Shown piece by piece: positions 36,661 through 50,034 of a DNA stretch of 64,000 nucleotides. Source of the stretch: Octopus sinensis. Its lineage: Eukaryota. Below the pieces are notes generated by a model, which had not been told where the DNA came from, did no database searches, and saw only the letters and a list, made by a program, of their open reading frames with translations. Numbering within the stretch: the stretch's first letter is position 1; every line of letters starts with the position of its first letter. A program made the translations under genes and the position numbers. The stretch is from the NCBI RefSeq assembly GCF_006345805.1, contig NC_043022.1:6324001-6388000 (forward strand), written 5' to 3'.

Positions 36661-37139
36661 TATATTTATCCCTCCTCATCACTTGACAAATGTTATATGT
36701 GTGTTTCTGTTCCTGTGACATAGCAGTTCAGCAAAATATTTATCAGGCTTAAAATAGAGAATAAGGACTGAGGTTAATTCATTCGACTAAAATTTTTCAA
36801 GGTGCTGCTCCAGCATGGCCGTACTCCAATGACTGAAAACAAGTAAAAGAAAAAAAAAGGTAAAGATATGAAGGAGGAGGTTTAATCTTGTCTAAACTGT
36901 AGAATATGGATGAGATGGTCAAGCGGAAGAAGAGAGAGAGGTGGATGGTGGTAAGTGCCAGGGCATCCCCTTGAGGTAGAGAGGTGATGATATAAATGGC
37001 AGGGCATTGCCAAAAAAGCGTGAGTAGAAGGGGAGGGGAATGCCGTGAGTGGTGAAAACCTGGGTCTATAGAGAGGTGGGGCAACCGGATAGCAATGATA
37101 CAATGAATACGGGGCCACGAAGACAGGATTGGGGAGTGA

Positions 37140-37640
37140 GTGAGTGTTCCACTGGTACTTAATTTATCTACCCCAAAAGGATGAATGGTAAAGTCAACCT
37201 TGGCAGGAGTTGAACTCAGAACAAAGACCGATGAAATACCTATTTCGTTATTACCCACAAGGGGCTAAACATAGAGAGGACAAACAAGGACAGACATAGG
37301 TATTAAGTCGAGTACATCGACCCCAGTGTGTAACTGGTACTTAATTTGTCGACCCCGAAAGGATGAAAGGCAAAGTCGACCTTGGCAGGATTTGAACTCA
37401 GAACAAAGACAGGTGAAATACCTATTTCTTTATTACCCACAAGGGGCTAAACATAGAGAGGACAAACAAGGACAGACATAGGTATTAAGTCGAGTACATC
37501 GACCCCAGTGTGTAACTGGTACTTAATTTATCGACCCCGAAAGGATGAAAGGCAAAGTTGACCTTGGCAGGATTTGAACTCAGAACAAAGACAGGTGAAA
37601 TACCTTTAAGTAATGCTAATGATTCTACCAAGTCACCATC
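37140..37640 (-). mobile_element. SINE array: old type A host carrying two type B bodies
   Basis: All three units share a private variant CCTTGGCAGGA(T/G)TTGAACTCAGAACAAAGAC..TGAAATACC. Confidence 0.85.
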
Positions 37641-37917
37641 TTAATAATAATAATAATAATAATTCTTTCTAATCTGAGCACAAGGCCAGTAATTTTAAGG
37701 GGGGGGTTCAACTGGTATTTTATTGACCCTTAGAAGCTGAAAGATAAAGTCGACCTCGGAAGAATTTGAAATCAGGACATGATGAGTCACAAGAAATACT
37801 GTTAAACATTTTATCTGGCATGCTAACCATTCTGCCAACTTGCTGCCTTTAACAGCTTCAAATTTTGGCTCAAGGCCAGCAATTTTAAGGTTGGGGCATG
37901 TCTATTACATCAACATC

Positions 37918-40900
37918 AGTGGTGGTGGTGGTGGTGGCGGTGGTGGTAGTGGTGGTGGCAGTGGTGGCAGTGGTGGCAGTGGTGGCAGTGGTGGCAGTGG
38001 TGGCAGTGGTGGCAGTGGTGGCGGTGGTGGCAGTGGTGGCAGTGGTGGCGGTGGTGGCAGTGGTGGCAGGGGCGGCAGTGGTGGTGGTGGTGTCGGTGAT
38101 GTTAGTGGTGGCAGTGGTGGCAGTGGTGGCGGTGGTGGCAGTGGTGGCGGTGGCGGTAGTGGCAGTGGTGGCAGTGGTGGTAGTGGTGGAGGTGGTGGCA
38201 GTGGTGGCGGTGGTGGCGGTGGTGGCAGTGGTGGTAGTGGCGGTGGTGGTGTTAGTGGTGGCAGTGGTGGCAGTGGTGGCGGCGGTGGTGTGGTGGTGGT
38301 GGTGGTGGCAGTGGTGGCAGTGGTGGCGGTGGTGGCAGTGGCAGTGGTGGCAGTGGTGGCGGTGGTGGCAGTGGTGGCGGTGGTGGCAGTGGTGGCAGTG
38401 GTGGCAGTGGTGGCAGTGGTGGCAGTGGTGGCGGTGGTGTGGTGGTGGTGGTGGTGGCAGTGGTGGCAGTGGTGGCAGTGGTGGCAGTGGTGGCAGTGGT
38501 GGCAGTGGTGGCGGTGGATGCGGTGGTGGCAGTGGTGGCAGTGGTGGCAGTGGTGGCAGTGGTGGCAGTGGCAGTGGTGGCAGTGGTGGCAGTGGTGGCG
38601 GTGGTGGCAGTGGTGGCAGTGGTGGCGGTGGATGCGGTGGTGGCAGTGGTGGCAGTGGTGGCAGTGGTGGCAGTGGTGGCGGTGGATGCGGTGGTGGCAG
38701 TGGCAGTGGTGGCAGTGGTGGCAGTGGTGGAAGTGGTGGCAGTGGTGGCAGTGGTGGCGGTGGATGCGGTGGTGGCAGTGGTGGAAGTGGTGGCAGTGGT
38801 GGCGGTGGTGGCAGTGGTGGCAGTGGTGGAAGTGGTGGCAGTGGTGGCAGTGGTGGCGGTGGATGCGGTGGTGGCGGTGGTGGCAGTGGTGGCAGTGGTG
38901 GCAGTGGTGGCAGTGGTGGCAGTGGTGGCGGTGGCAGTGGTGGCAGTGGTGGTGGTGGTGGCGGTGGTGGCAGTGGTGGCAGTGGTGGCAGTGGTGGCAG
39001 TGGTGGCGGTGGCAGTGGTGGCAGTGGTGGTGGTGGTGGCAGTGGTGGAAGTGGTGGCAGTGGTGGCGGTGGTGGCAGTGGTGGCAGTGGTGGCAGTGGC
39101 AGTGGTGGCAGTGGTGGCGGTGGTGGTGGTGGTGTCAGTGATGTTAGTGGTGGCAGTGGTGGCAGTGGTGGCGGTGGTGGCAGTGGTGGCGGTGGCGGTA
39201 GTGGCAGTGGTGGCAGTGGTGGTAGTGGTGGAGGTGGTGGCAGTGGTGGCGGTGGTGGCGGTGGTGGCAGTGGTGGTAGTGGCGGTGGTGGTGTTAGTGG
39301 TGGCAGTGGTGGCAGTGGTGGCGGTGGTTGTGGTGGTGGTGGTGGTGGCAGTGGTGGCAGTGGTGGCGGTGGTGGCAGTGGCAGTGGTGGCAGTGGTGGC
39401 GGTGGTGGCAGTGGTGGCGGTGGTGGCAGTGGTGGCAGTGGTGGCCAGTGGTGGCAGTGGTGGCAGTGGTGGCGGTGGTTGTGGTGGTGGTGGTGGTGGC
39501 AGTGGTGGCGGTGGTGGCAGTGGTGGTGGTGGTGTCGGTGATGTTAGTGGTGGCAGTGGTGGCAGTGGTGGCGGTGGTGGCAGTGGTGGCGGTGGCGGTA
39601 GTGGCAGTGGTGGCAGTGGTGGTAGTGGTGGAGGTGGTGGCAGTGGTGGCGGTGGTGGTGGCGGTGGTGGCAGTGGTGGTAGTGGCGTGGGGTGGTGGTG
39701 TTAGTGGTGGCAGTGGTGGCAGTGGTGGCGGTGGTTGTGGTGGTGGTGGTGGTGGCAGTGGTGGCAGTGGTGGCGGTGGTGGCAGTGGCAGTGGAGTGGT
39801 GGCAGTGGGTGGCGGTGGTGGCAGTGGTGGCGGTGGTGGCGTGGTGGCAGGTGGTGCAGCAGTGGTGGCAGTGGTGGCAGTGGTGGCGGTGGTTGTGGTG
39901 GTGGTGGTGGTGGCAGTGGTGGCAGTGGTGGCAGTGGTGGCAGTGGTGGCGGTGGATGCGGTGGTGGCAGTGGTGGCAGTAGTGGCAGTGGTGGCAGTGG
40001 TGGCAGTGGCAGTGGTGGCAGTGGTGGCGGTGGTGGCAGGGTGGTGGCGGTGGTGGCAGTGGTGGCAGTGGTGGCGGTGGATGGCGGTGGTGGCAGTGGT
40101 GGCAGTGGTGGCAGTGGTGGCAGTGGTGGCGGTGGATGCGGTGGTGGCAGTGGTGGCGGTGGATGCGGTGGTGGCGGTGGTGGCAGTGGTGGCAGTGGTG
40201 GCAGTGGTGGCAGTGGTGGCAGTGGCAGTGGTGGCAGTGGTGGTGGTGGTGGCAGTGGTGGAAGTGGTGGCTGTGGTGGCGGTGGTGGCAGTGGTGGCAG
40301 TGGTGGCAGTGGCAGTGGTGGTGGTGGTGGTGGTGGTGGCGGTGGTGGCAGTGGTGGCAGTGGTGGCAGTGGTGGCAGTGGTGGCAGTGGTGGCGGTGGC
40401 AGTGGTGGCAGTGGTGGTGGTGGTGGCAGTGGTGGAAGTGGTGGCAGTGGTGGCGGTGGTGGCAGTGGTGGCAGTGGTGGCAGTGGCAGTGGTGGCAGTG
40501 GTGGCGGTGGTGACAGTGGTGGCGGTGGTGGCAGTGGTGGCGGTGGTGGCAGTGGTGGCGGTGGTGGCAGTGGTGGAAGTGGTGGCAGTGGTGGCGGTGG
40601 TGGCAGTGGTGGCGGTGGCGGTGGTGGCAGTGGTGGAAGTGGTGGCAGTGGTGGCGGTGGTGGCAGTGGTGGCGGTGGTGGCAGTGGTGGCAGTGGTGGT
40701 GGTGGTGGCGGTGGTGGCAGTGGTGGCAGTGGTGGCAGTGGTGGCAGTGGTGGCGGTGGCAGTGGTGGCAGTGGTGTGGTGGTGGCAGTGGTGGAAGTGG
40801 TGGCAGTGGTGGCGGTGGTGGCAGTGGTGGCAGTGGTGGCAGTGGCAGTGGTGGCAGTGGTGGCGGTGGTGGCAGTGGTGGCGGTGGTGGCAGTGGTGGC

Positions 40901-41040
40901 GGTGGTGGCAGTGGTGGCGGTGGTGGCAGTGGTGGAAGTGGTGGCAGTGGTGGCGGTGGTGGCAGTGGTGGCGGTGGCGGTGGTGGCAGTGGTGGAAGTG
41001 GTGGCAGTGGTGGCGGTGGTGGCGGTGGTGGCGGTGGTGA
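37918..41040. repeat. 3.1-kb triplet-based minisatellite, basic unit GGTGGCAGT, with higher-order blocks
   Basis: Built from GGT/GGC/AGT with recurrent GGTGTCGGTGATGTTAGT, GGATGC and GGAAGT variants; long blocks recur near 38090, 39130 and 39530. Confidence 0.95.
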
Positions 41041-41314
41041 GAGCGGCAGTTACATCATAAATTATTCAGGGATTACTTATCAGTAACATCAAATTTGTCA
41101 TCTTTCCAACATTGATCATTATCATTGATTGCTAATTACCTCTCATTAACTCTAATTACTTGTAATTACAAAATACAAAAAAAAAAAATACTGTTTGATT
41201 TCTCTCATTTGCATAAAGTCAATATTTATGGAGACAAGCTGATCAATTGATTATTGATTAGATAACTGAATTTATTGATTTACCAATTCACTGATTGTTG
41301 TTCATATTTTACAG

Positions 41315-41393
41315 ATTTGCCCCAGAATGTTAAAAGAACATCTCTATGGCTGGTACCCAGCTGTTAATGGGGACAGCAACATGTCCACTTACC
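41315..41393 (+). CDS. Gene 2, first recognisable exon (ICPR-MLKEHLYGWYPAVNGDSNMSTY); candidate ATG at 41327
   Basis: Acceptor CATATTTTACAG at 41314; donor CC/GTAAGT at 41393; only one frame open, ending in phase 1, which matches the next exon. Confidence 0.7.
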
Positions 41394-42381
41394 GTAAGTA
41401 GACCCTCTGAATGTCTTTGGCTCTCCCCCTTCTTTTAGAGTCACAGTTCTTGTCTTCCTGGGGACTCTTGTTAATTCCAACATTCCATTAACTACGCTTC
41501 CGTATTTGAAACCATAACATCTCCTGTTACTGTGGGAGGGGTTAAATATAGAACATCATGGTATCAAGGTAAAAAGTAAAGGGTAAGGAACCCCTTCAGT
41601 TGCAATTTACCATGGGATTGCACCTGGAAAGTTCCCCTCTGAGGCACAAGTCCAGGCAAGGTTGTTTATGGAAGACCAGCAGTCACCCATGCATACCAGC
41701 CTCCCACCTCTTCATACCACTAATGTTATCCAAGGGAAAGGCAAAGGGGCAGATACAGCTTGGCCCTAGTGACATGGCAACTCATTTCTACAGCTGAGTG
41801 AACTGGAGCAACGTGAAATCAAGCGTCTTGCTCAAGAACACAACACACAGCCTGATCCAGGAATTGAACTCACTACCTCATGATTGTGAGCCTGGTGCTC
41901 TAACCACTGAGCCATCTCATTGTGACCAGACAATCACAATGCACTTTGCATTGTATATTAGCTGTCAAATGATGCCACCCTGCTGGCTAGATGAGGAGGG
42001 GGGGGCACATTTCCCCTCAGCAGAAGGTTAGACTATCACGGGGGTTGCTCCTTTTTGCTGGCTGAGTGGACTGGAGCAATGTAAAATGAAGTGTGTTGCT
42101 CAAGAACACAATATGTTGCTTGATGTGGGAATCAAACCCACAGTCTCACAATCATGAGTGCAGCACCCTAACCACTAGGCCACGCACATTCAGAAACATA
42201 ATTGTATAGAATTGATAAAGATTAATGGAGTTTGGCATAAAGAATGAAATTTGCTTAGGGGCTGCAACCTCAGGTCCAAAGTTTATTTACAAACAAGGTC
42301 AATTTTTGTCAATCTTAATATTAAAACAAACACAGATTTAATAACTTATTACTATTATTATATTATATTATTATTACTATA

Positions 42382-42417
<36 letters not shown>

Positions 42418-42419
42418 CA

Positions 42420-42830
42420 TGAAGGCAGCGAGCTGGCAGAAATGTTAGCACGCCGGGCGAAATGCTTAGCAGTATTTCGTCTGCCGTTACGTTCTGAGTT
42501 CAAATTCCACCAAGGTCGACTTTGCCTTTCATCCTATCGGGGTCGAATAAATAAGTACCAGTTACGCACTGGGGCCAATGTAATCGACTTGATCCGTTTG
42601 TCCGTCCTTGTTTGTCCCCTCTGTGTTTAGCCCCTTGTGGGTAGTAAAGAAATAGGTATTTCATCCTGCTACATTCTGAGTTCAAATTCCGCCAGGTCAA
42701 CTTTTCCTTTCATCCTTTCGGGATCGATAAATTAAGTACCAGTTGCGTACTGGGGTCGATGTAATTGACTAGTCCCCTCCCGCAAAACTTCAGGCTTTGT
42801 GCCTAGAGTAGAAATGATTATTATCATTAT
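42420..42830 (+). mobile_element. Type B/type A SINE dimer
   Basis: Single head, B tail, AAATAGGTATTTC junction, terminal older A unit. Confidence 0.85.
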
Positions 42831-42834
42831 TATA

Positions 42835-43260
42835 TTCAAAGCCACAGTCGAACCAATTCTACTATATGGCTCAGAAACCTGGACGTTATCAAAGAAGCTT
42901 GAGAGGCGGTTGGATGGAACCTACACTCGCCTCCTTATGAGAGCTCAAAATCTCTCATAGAAGCGTCATCCAACCAAAGTACAAATATATGGGAAACTAC
43001 CACCTGTGTCATATCTTGTGAAAGGTAGGAGAGTCCAGTTTGCTGGACATTGTTGTAGAGCTGAAAATGAGGCAATTTCTACTCTTCTCCTCTGGAAGCC
43101 ATCTACTCTTGATACCAGAGGACGCACACTCTCTTACCCTGATGTAATCTCCAGGGATACAGGCATCCAGCAACAGGACCTCCGTAATGCCATGATGGAC
43201 CGTAAAGTCTGGCGTAGCATGGCAAATTCCATTGTCTTGACCACGGTCGAACAATGGGCC
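42835..43260 (+). mobile_element. RTE-type LINE 3' fragment
   Basis: FKATVEPILLYGSETWTLSKKLERRLDGTYTRLL...FAGHCCR...MMDRKVWR motifs. Confidence 0.85.
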
Positions 43261-43508
43261 ACAGCTCTGAGCTGGAACAAGAAGAAAAAAAAAATATATA
43301 TATATATATACACACACACACATGGTTAGATATACAGGTATAGATTATTTGGTAGTGTGGGTATGTTGTTCGTATTCAGCTACTTACATGCATGTATGCA
43401 TCCATCCATCTATACCCTGTTGTGTTGAAATTCCAATGAAGGAACCTTGGATCTAGGTTAGAAACCGGTTCTTCATTGACAAGAAATCTTAAAATAAACT
43501 GAATAATG

Positions 43509-43544
<36 letters not shown>

Positions 43545-43719
43545 ACTTACATACATACATACATACATACGTACATACATACATACATACACACACCACA
43601 CACACATACATACATACATACATACATACGTACATACATACGTACGTACGTACGTACGTACGTACATACATACATACATACATACATACATACATACATT
43701 CACATACATACATACATTC

Positions 43720-43752
<33 letters not shown>

Positions 43753-44269
43753 CATGCATACATACATACATACACACACACATGCATGCATACATACATA
43801 CACACACACATACATACATACATACATACATACATACATACATACATACATACATACATACGTACATACGTACATACGTACATACATACACACATACACA
43901 CATACATACATACATACATACATACATACATACATACATACATACATACATACATACATACATACATACATACATGCATGCACACACCCGAGTACATAGA
44001 TATTTGACTAAGCCATAAATGTAGGGGACGCAACTCTGCCTTTTCCGCCATAAATTATGCTTTATTAAAATTGGTTCGGGTTGTTCTACGAAGGAAGTAT
44101 GGAATATTTTCAAAACTAATAAATATAGTATACTAGCAGTATAATCCGGCCTTGCCCGGGATTAAGTTACGATTATTAAGCTAATCGAGTTCCTTATTTC
44201 AAACCAAACTAAGAAATATCGACGTCATATTTGGGCGAAATCCGTTGAAATTAGTTATAATAATATAAT

Positions 44270-44590
44270 AATAATAATAATAATAATAATTGTGTACAGT
44301 GCTCAGGTGCACTACAACTCATCTAAAGTGTATATATAATCAGGTGTAGTTTCGGCGGATTTCGGAAAGCATGAGGGCCTTAAAGGATGCAGTGTCATGG
44401 CAGTCAACAACTGACGCAGGCAGTTTATATCCATGCTTCAGCAACTCTGAGCGTGAAAAAATGTTTCCGAAAGTCATGGGAGCTGTGTTGTTTTCTGACT
44501 TTGTAGGCATGTCCACGTGTGTTAGACACATGGAGATCAAAAAGGTGTTCAGTGTTGTTGTGTGGTGAGGTGGTTGATAACTTTGTGGGT
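44270..44590 (-). mobile_element. CR1/L2-type LINE 3' end
   Basis: Inverted copy of the 22140-22425 family with an (ATT)n tail. Confidence 0.75.
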
Positions 44591-44629
44591 GTTTACCAAG
44601 TCCATCGCCAGACGCCGGAGCTTCAGTAT

Positions 44630-44660
<31 letters not shown>

Positions 44661-44980
44661 GCATAATTAAATCTCAGAATGAGATTGAAACAGTAATCGC
44701 TCGATAATGTAAGTATAGAAGCCATCTTATCATGGCAACAATCCCGAAACAGTTCGAGCGTATCACTCAGGCTTGCGAGGAAGGGATGGCCTCCCTTTGC
44801 AAATACTCCAGGGACACTGATATTGTGTCTAAAGCCAGCTAGAGACGAAGTTCTCTTGGGGCTATAAAGCTACAGTAACACCCCCTCCCCAAAGTGGTTA
44901 GCCATGATAAGATGGCTTCTATACTTTACATTATATATATATTATATATATGTATATATTATATATATATATATACTTTA

Positions 44981-45105
44981 TTTAAAGCAGCAGAAAATTC
45001 AACAAATCTGTTACCGAGTTTCTCGTTGCCGAGCAAAAACTGTCTGATGAACGGCAACGAGAAACTCAGAGTAACAGATTTTGTTGAATTTTCTGCTGCT
45101 TTAAA
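44981..45105 (+). ncRNA. Penelope-like inverted repeat containing a minimal type I hammerhead motif (45040-45077)
   Basis: Arms 44981-45031 and 45052-45105. HHR: stem I CTGT/ACAG, CTGATGA, stem II CG-GCAA-CG, GAAA, stem III CT-CAG-AG, GTA triplet. Confidence 0.65.
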
Positions 45106-45348
45106 GCATATTACTCTACCACTGGTATTTGAGTACTCTTTTTTCCACCTTGTTTCACATTTATGTTTTACTCCGGTATATATATATATATATAATATAT
45201 ATAATATATATATATTATTATATATATATATATAATAAATATTAGGGAATATTAGTGGCGCGGTTTTTTTTGACTATTTATTAAAATTTTATGTATTGAT
45301 TAAGTCTTTCCTTGTTTGTTTTGCAAAATAGTGGTTTTGTCTCTAATA

Positions 45349-45403
<55 letters not shown>

Positions 45404-46064
45404 TTATATATAATATATATATATACAATATATATATTATAATATATTATTATATATTATATATATATAATATGATACAATATAAATATATATGGGCAAT
45501 AGACACGAACAAACATACACGTACGTACGTACACCTATTGCATGTTTTGTGCACGCATACATGTTCATAAACAGAAATGAATGGAGAAAATGTTGTTAAA
45601 TTTGTAGATTAACACTCGCCCGATTTTCACTATGAAAAAAATGGGGGGCGGGTTGCGTGGAATCAACTGCTCTGGCCTCAAAACCCTTTTTGTGGTCTGT
45701 GAAACGGAGTGGTGTGTGGTGGAAGCCTCGCAAATTGTACTCATTTATATTGTGTAATTCACTGACAAATTATTACTCACCTCTTTGTTTCTTTGTTGTT
45801 AAATAAATGAATTGTCAACAAAACACTTTTTTACTCAGCGTAAAATAAAAACAAAACTCTTTCGCACCCAAAGTAATGTGTGTGTGAGGGAGAGAGAGGA
45901 GGTAGAAAGATGAACGATTTAAAATAAATAAATGATTTAAAATAAATATATTGTAATTATTGTGTGAGAAAGTATATATACTATGATTATAAAATATAGT
46001 GTCTTTCAAAAACAAAAAACAAAACATTTTACATTTTGTTTTTTATGAACGTCGTCACTTACTT

Positions 46065-46105
<41 letters not shown>

Positions 46106-46631
46106 ACTTTCTCTTTCTCTACTTTTCTTTCTGTCTCTCAGCTTCTCTACTTCTTTATCTTATATTTTTTGTTTGACGCCGTCAAAAAAGCTAAGGCCGA
46201 TATTTTTTCTATGGCTAAAAGCTATGGCTGAAAATAGATTTTTACGCTATCCGCGGGTGCCTCGGGAAAAAATGAATTGACAAAACCCAGATAGGATGTT
46301 GACGAATATCCTCCTAAAATTTGAGCGACATGCGTACTAATTTGTGGACGTGCTTAAATTACAATCACGTACACACACACACTAACACATCATGCCTTTT
46401 ATAGATATGGTACATAATTTTTGGTTTGCAGTGAGAAGAAAAAGATAGTGGTTCCCCACCCCACAGTCGATTTTATTTCTCAGTGGACAGAAAAGAAACG
46501 GAATCAATCTAATGAGATTTTAGTTTAATTCGAGAAAAAATAGCCATTCGCACTAGTTTAGACGTTAATAGTTATCTTTATTGATGGAGTCTACAACGAG
46601 AGAGACGGCAGACAGAGAGTAGGGGAGAAAG

Positions 46632-46666
<35 letters not shown>

Positions 46667-47805
46667 ACTATATATAATGAAGGGGTAAATGATATAGTCA
46701 TCTACTTGATGCTGTTCAACCAATTAGCCCTCAAAATGGAACTTCAGGAATATAAAATTAAGGAGAGAAGCAAATTTCAGAGATCGGTGTATATATTCAT
46801 TCAGTCCATTTCAAATTATCGAAATTCTCCACAGTATGTATAGATGCGTTCACATACATGAACCACGATAACAATTTATAAGAATTTATAAATATATAAA
46901 CATACGAAGATTTATAAATACACAAAAATTCATAAAAAACTGCAAGGGGAATGTCAATTAAATACTAAAGTATGTAGTCCTACCTATCGATTACATTTCA
47001 ATTGTTCGCTTTGCGTATTAAATGAAAGACTTTGAAAATTAAAGGTGTCTATTTACTTCCCGCATGTCTGTGTGTGTATATATCTACATACAGAGAGAGA
47101 GACCGACAGACAGACAGATTGTTAACGATATTTCTGCACAATTCTGGGACTTCTGCTGTTATTCACAGATGCAGACACCCTTGACTTCATTATAATATTG
47201 ATTTCATATTTTGACACAAGGCCAGCAATTTCGGAGTACTTATTTTTATCGACCCCGAAAGGATAAAAAGCAAAGTCGACCTCAGAGGAATTTGAACTCA
47301 GAACGTAACGGCAGACGAAATACCTATTTCTTTACTACCCACAAAGGGCTAAACACAGACAGGACAAACAAGGACAGACAAACGGATTAAGTCGATTATA
47401 TCGACCCCAGTGCGTAACTGGTATTTAATCGACCTCGAAAGGATGAAAGGCAAAGTCGACTTCGGCGGAATTTGAACGCAGAACGTAAAGACAGACGAAA
47501 TACCGCTAGGCATTTGGTCCGGCGTGCTAAACGATTCTGCCAGTTCACGACCTTGAGACCACAATTGGGGCAGAGCGCACGCACGCACACACGCACGCAC
47601 ACATACATGCACACAGATACACACAAACACACACACTCACACACACAAACACACACACACACAGATTATACCTGGACTAAGAATGGAATTGGTTTACGGA
47701 TGCTTTCTTTTTCTTTGCGAGAGTGAGGAGTGTGGCGTGGGGTGTGTTTGTCTTTTCGTTCTTTCTTCCTTTCTTTCTTTACCGTTATCAAAATTTATTT
47801 TTCAG

Positions 47806-48472
47806 TGACCGAGTGCCTCTACCGGAACCAAAGACCCAAGAGCTGTAGACCCTTCAACAGTGGAATCCCGACCATTGGTGGAATAATTCGCCAGAAAACT
47901 GCCCTTCAAACAGAGCTGGAAATGACACCCAAAGAGTTCCTCAGTCGTTGTAAAAGTGCCCCTGGCTCCAGCAGGTCCAGTTCCAAACCATTTGTTTTCC
48001 AAAGACAATCCACATTTCATCGAAGTCAATGCCGGGAGTACCGGGTTCCAGACCAACCTAAACGGCCCAGTACTTGCCATGTTGTTTCGTCTGTTCAAAA
48101 CAAGCACCTTTTCAACAAGACACGATCACCAAAAAGAAGCGAAGGTTTGGTCTTAACAAATGAACAGCTGAACCAATCGAGGAAAACTCCTCATAACGAT
48201 GTTGACTTCTCTTCAGCAGATCATAGAATTTCGCAAAATGACTCACCGGGGAATTCTCTTACAGAAGCTATTTCTAAAGAAAGATGTGATGACGAAAAAA
48301 ACAGGATTTCTGTGTTGAACTACGAGGAAGGTCAAGAAATAACGTTGACATGTAAGAAAGTCCGATCTTTAGCCTTGAAAGAAGCTGAGTTATACAATCC
48401 AGACAGCTACAGGCAGAATCTGAGAAAAAATGGCTGGTTGATGCAAGTGGAAGGAAATATTTTTGGACTGAA
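47806..48472 (+). CDS. Gene 2, large internal exon (TECLYRNQRPKSCRPF...NGWLMQVEGNIFGL), uncharacterised basic/disordered protein
   Basis: Acceptor TTTATTTTTCAG at 47805; donor AA/GTAAGT at 48472; 667 nt open, phase 1 to phase 2; non-repetitive composition. Confidence 0.88.
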
Positions 48473-48741
48473 GTAAGTTTCTCTGTAGAACAAATCTGGG
48501 TTGATGTCTAACGTTAGTTGTTTGTTAATGTCAGGTGTAACTTATCAAAATTGTATTAGGGGATAAAATTGTATTCGAATAAACGAAGACAACTGCAGTC
48601 GAATATAAGAGCCGCCAGAAACTGGATGCTTGTACACAATAAGTTTAATGGGGATTAGAATATTATTGGCCAACTATTCCCAGGTCTGGGACGGCATAGC
48701 GATTCCATACACGAGACAAGTTCGACGGCATTCAAAAGCTA

Positions 48742-50030
48742 CGAGGGGCGTTCAATAAGTAATGTCCCTGACCCACTTCCCATAGCAGTAGAGCAACGAA
48801 ACTTGGCACAGTTATTAGTCTTTTTCTACATAGGAACCACCCAGAGTTACGCATTTCTCCCATTGTTTGATGCAGCTCTGGAGACCGTTTTTGTAGAAGA
48901 CCCCCAGCTTGGTCCTCCAACCACGACGTGACTTCAGAAATCAAGGCTGCATCATCTGGGAAACGCTTTCCTTTCAAAAACAACTTCATGCCTGGGAAGA
49001 GGTGAAAATCAGAGGGTGCAAGGTCAGGAAAGTAGGGGGATGGGGGAGGAGTTCATAGCCATACGCCTGTGCCTCTGATCTGGCGACAAGCGAGTTGTGG
49101 ACCGGAGCGTTGTCCTGCAGGAGGAGGATGCCTTTGCTGATCTTGCCCCGCCTCTTGATTTTGATAACTTCTCTTAATTTCCTCAAAAGTGAAGCATAAT
49201 AGGCTCCTGCAATTGTGGTACCCTTTGCCAGAAAATCTGTCATCACTACTCCGTCCTGGTCCCAGAAGACTGTGAGCATGACCTTGCCAGCGGAGGGCTG
49301 CACCCTTACCTTCTTTGGAGGGGGTGAGTCACGGTGCTTCCACTGCATTGACTGGGCTTTGATCTCTGGATCATCGTGATGGACCCAGGTTCATCCTGTG
49401 TAATCAGTCTTTTGAAAAATTTTGACTCATCTTCTTGGCACATCTCAAATTCACCCTCGAGCACTCGACGCGTTCTTGCTTCTGGAAAGGCGTGAGCAAC
49501 CTGGGAATCCATCTGGCAGACACCTTTTGCATATGCAAATGGTCATGAATGATAGTTTCCACAGACCCGGTACTAATTTTGACCTCATGGGCTATTTGGC
49601 GAATAATTATGCGTCGATCTTCCAAAATGGCAGCCTCAACTTGACGGACAGATCCATCATCAATGGCAGAAGGGGCGACCAGATCTGGGAGCTGTTTCCA
49701 CAGAGTTCTGATCATGTTTGAATTCACGATGCCAGCGTTTTACAAGGTCATATGATGGGGCATCATCACCATAAGTTACTTTCATTTCATCAAAAGTCTC
49801 CCGTGGTGTGCGTCCTTTCAAATACAAAAACAGGATCACTGCTCGACACTCAACAGGCTCCATTTCACACTTGACTCGGTTCAAACACCTGTAAATCAGA
49901 AACCACAATTAATTCAGAGCTGTAATTTGCCACTTACTCTATAGAGATATAAATGATTGCACATGCAAAATTTCAGCTAGATCAAACAACTGCAAGTGGG
50001 TCAGAGGCATTACTTATTGAACGTCCCTCG
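48742..50030 (-). mobile_element. Full-length (1289 bp) mariner DD34D transposon with frameshifted transposase, antisense in the last intron of gene 2
   Basis: TIRs CGAGGG(G/A)CGTTCAATAAGTAATG flanked by TA; HTH region, WIPRLL, ITQDE, LQDNAPVH and Y(F)PDLAPSDFHLFP motifs. Confidence 0.95.
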
Positions 50031-50034
50031 TACA

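Noticed and set aside
41315-41393. Joining gene 1 exon 1 to this exon (DLPQNVKRTSLWLVPSC-stop)
   Set aside because: Gene 1 has its own phase-compatible exons, stop and polyA signal by 19428, and this exon's only open frame fits gene 2.
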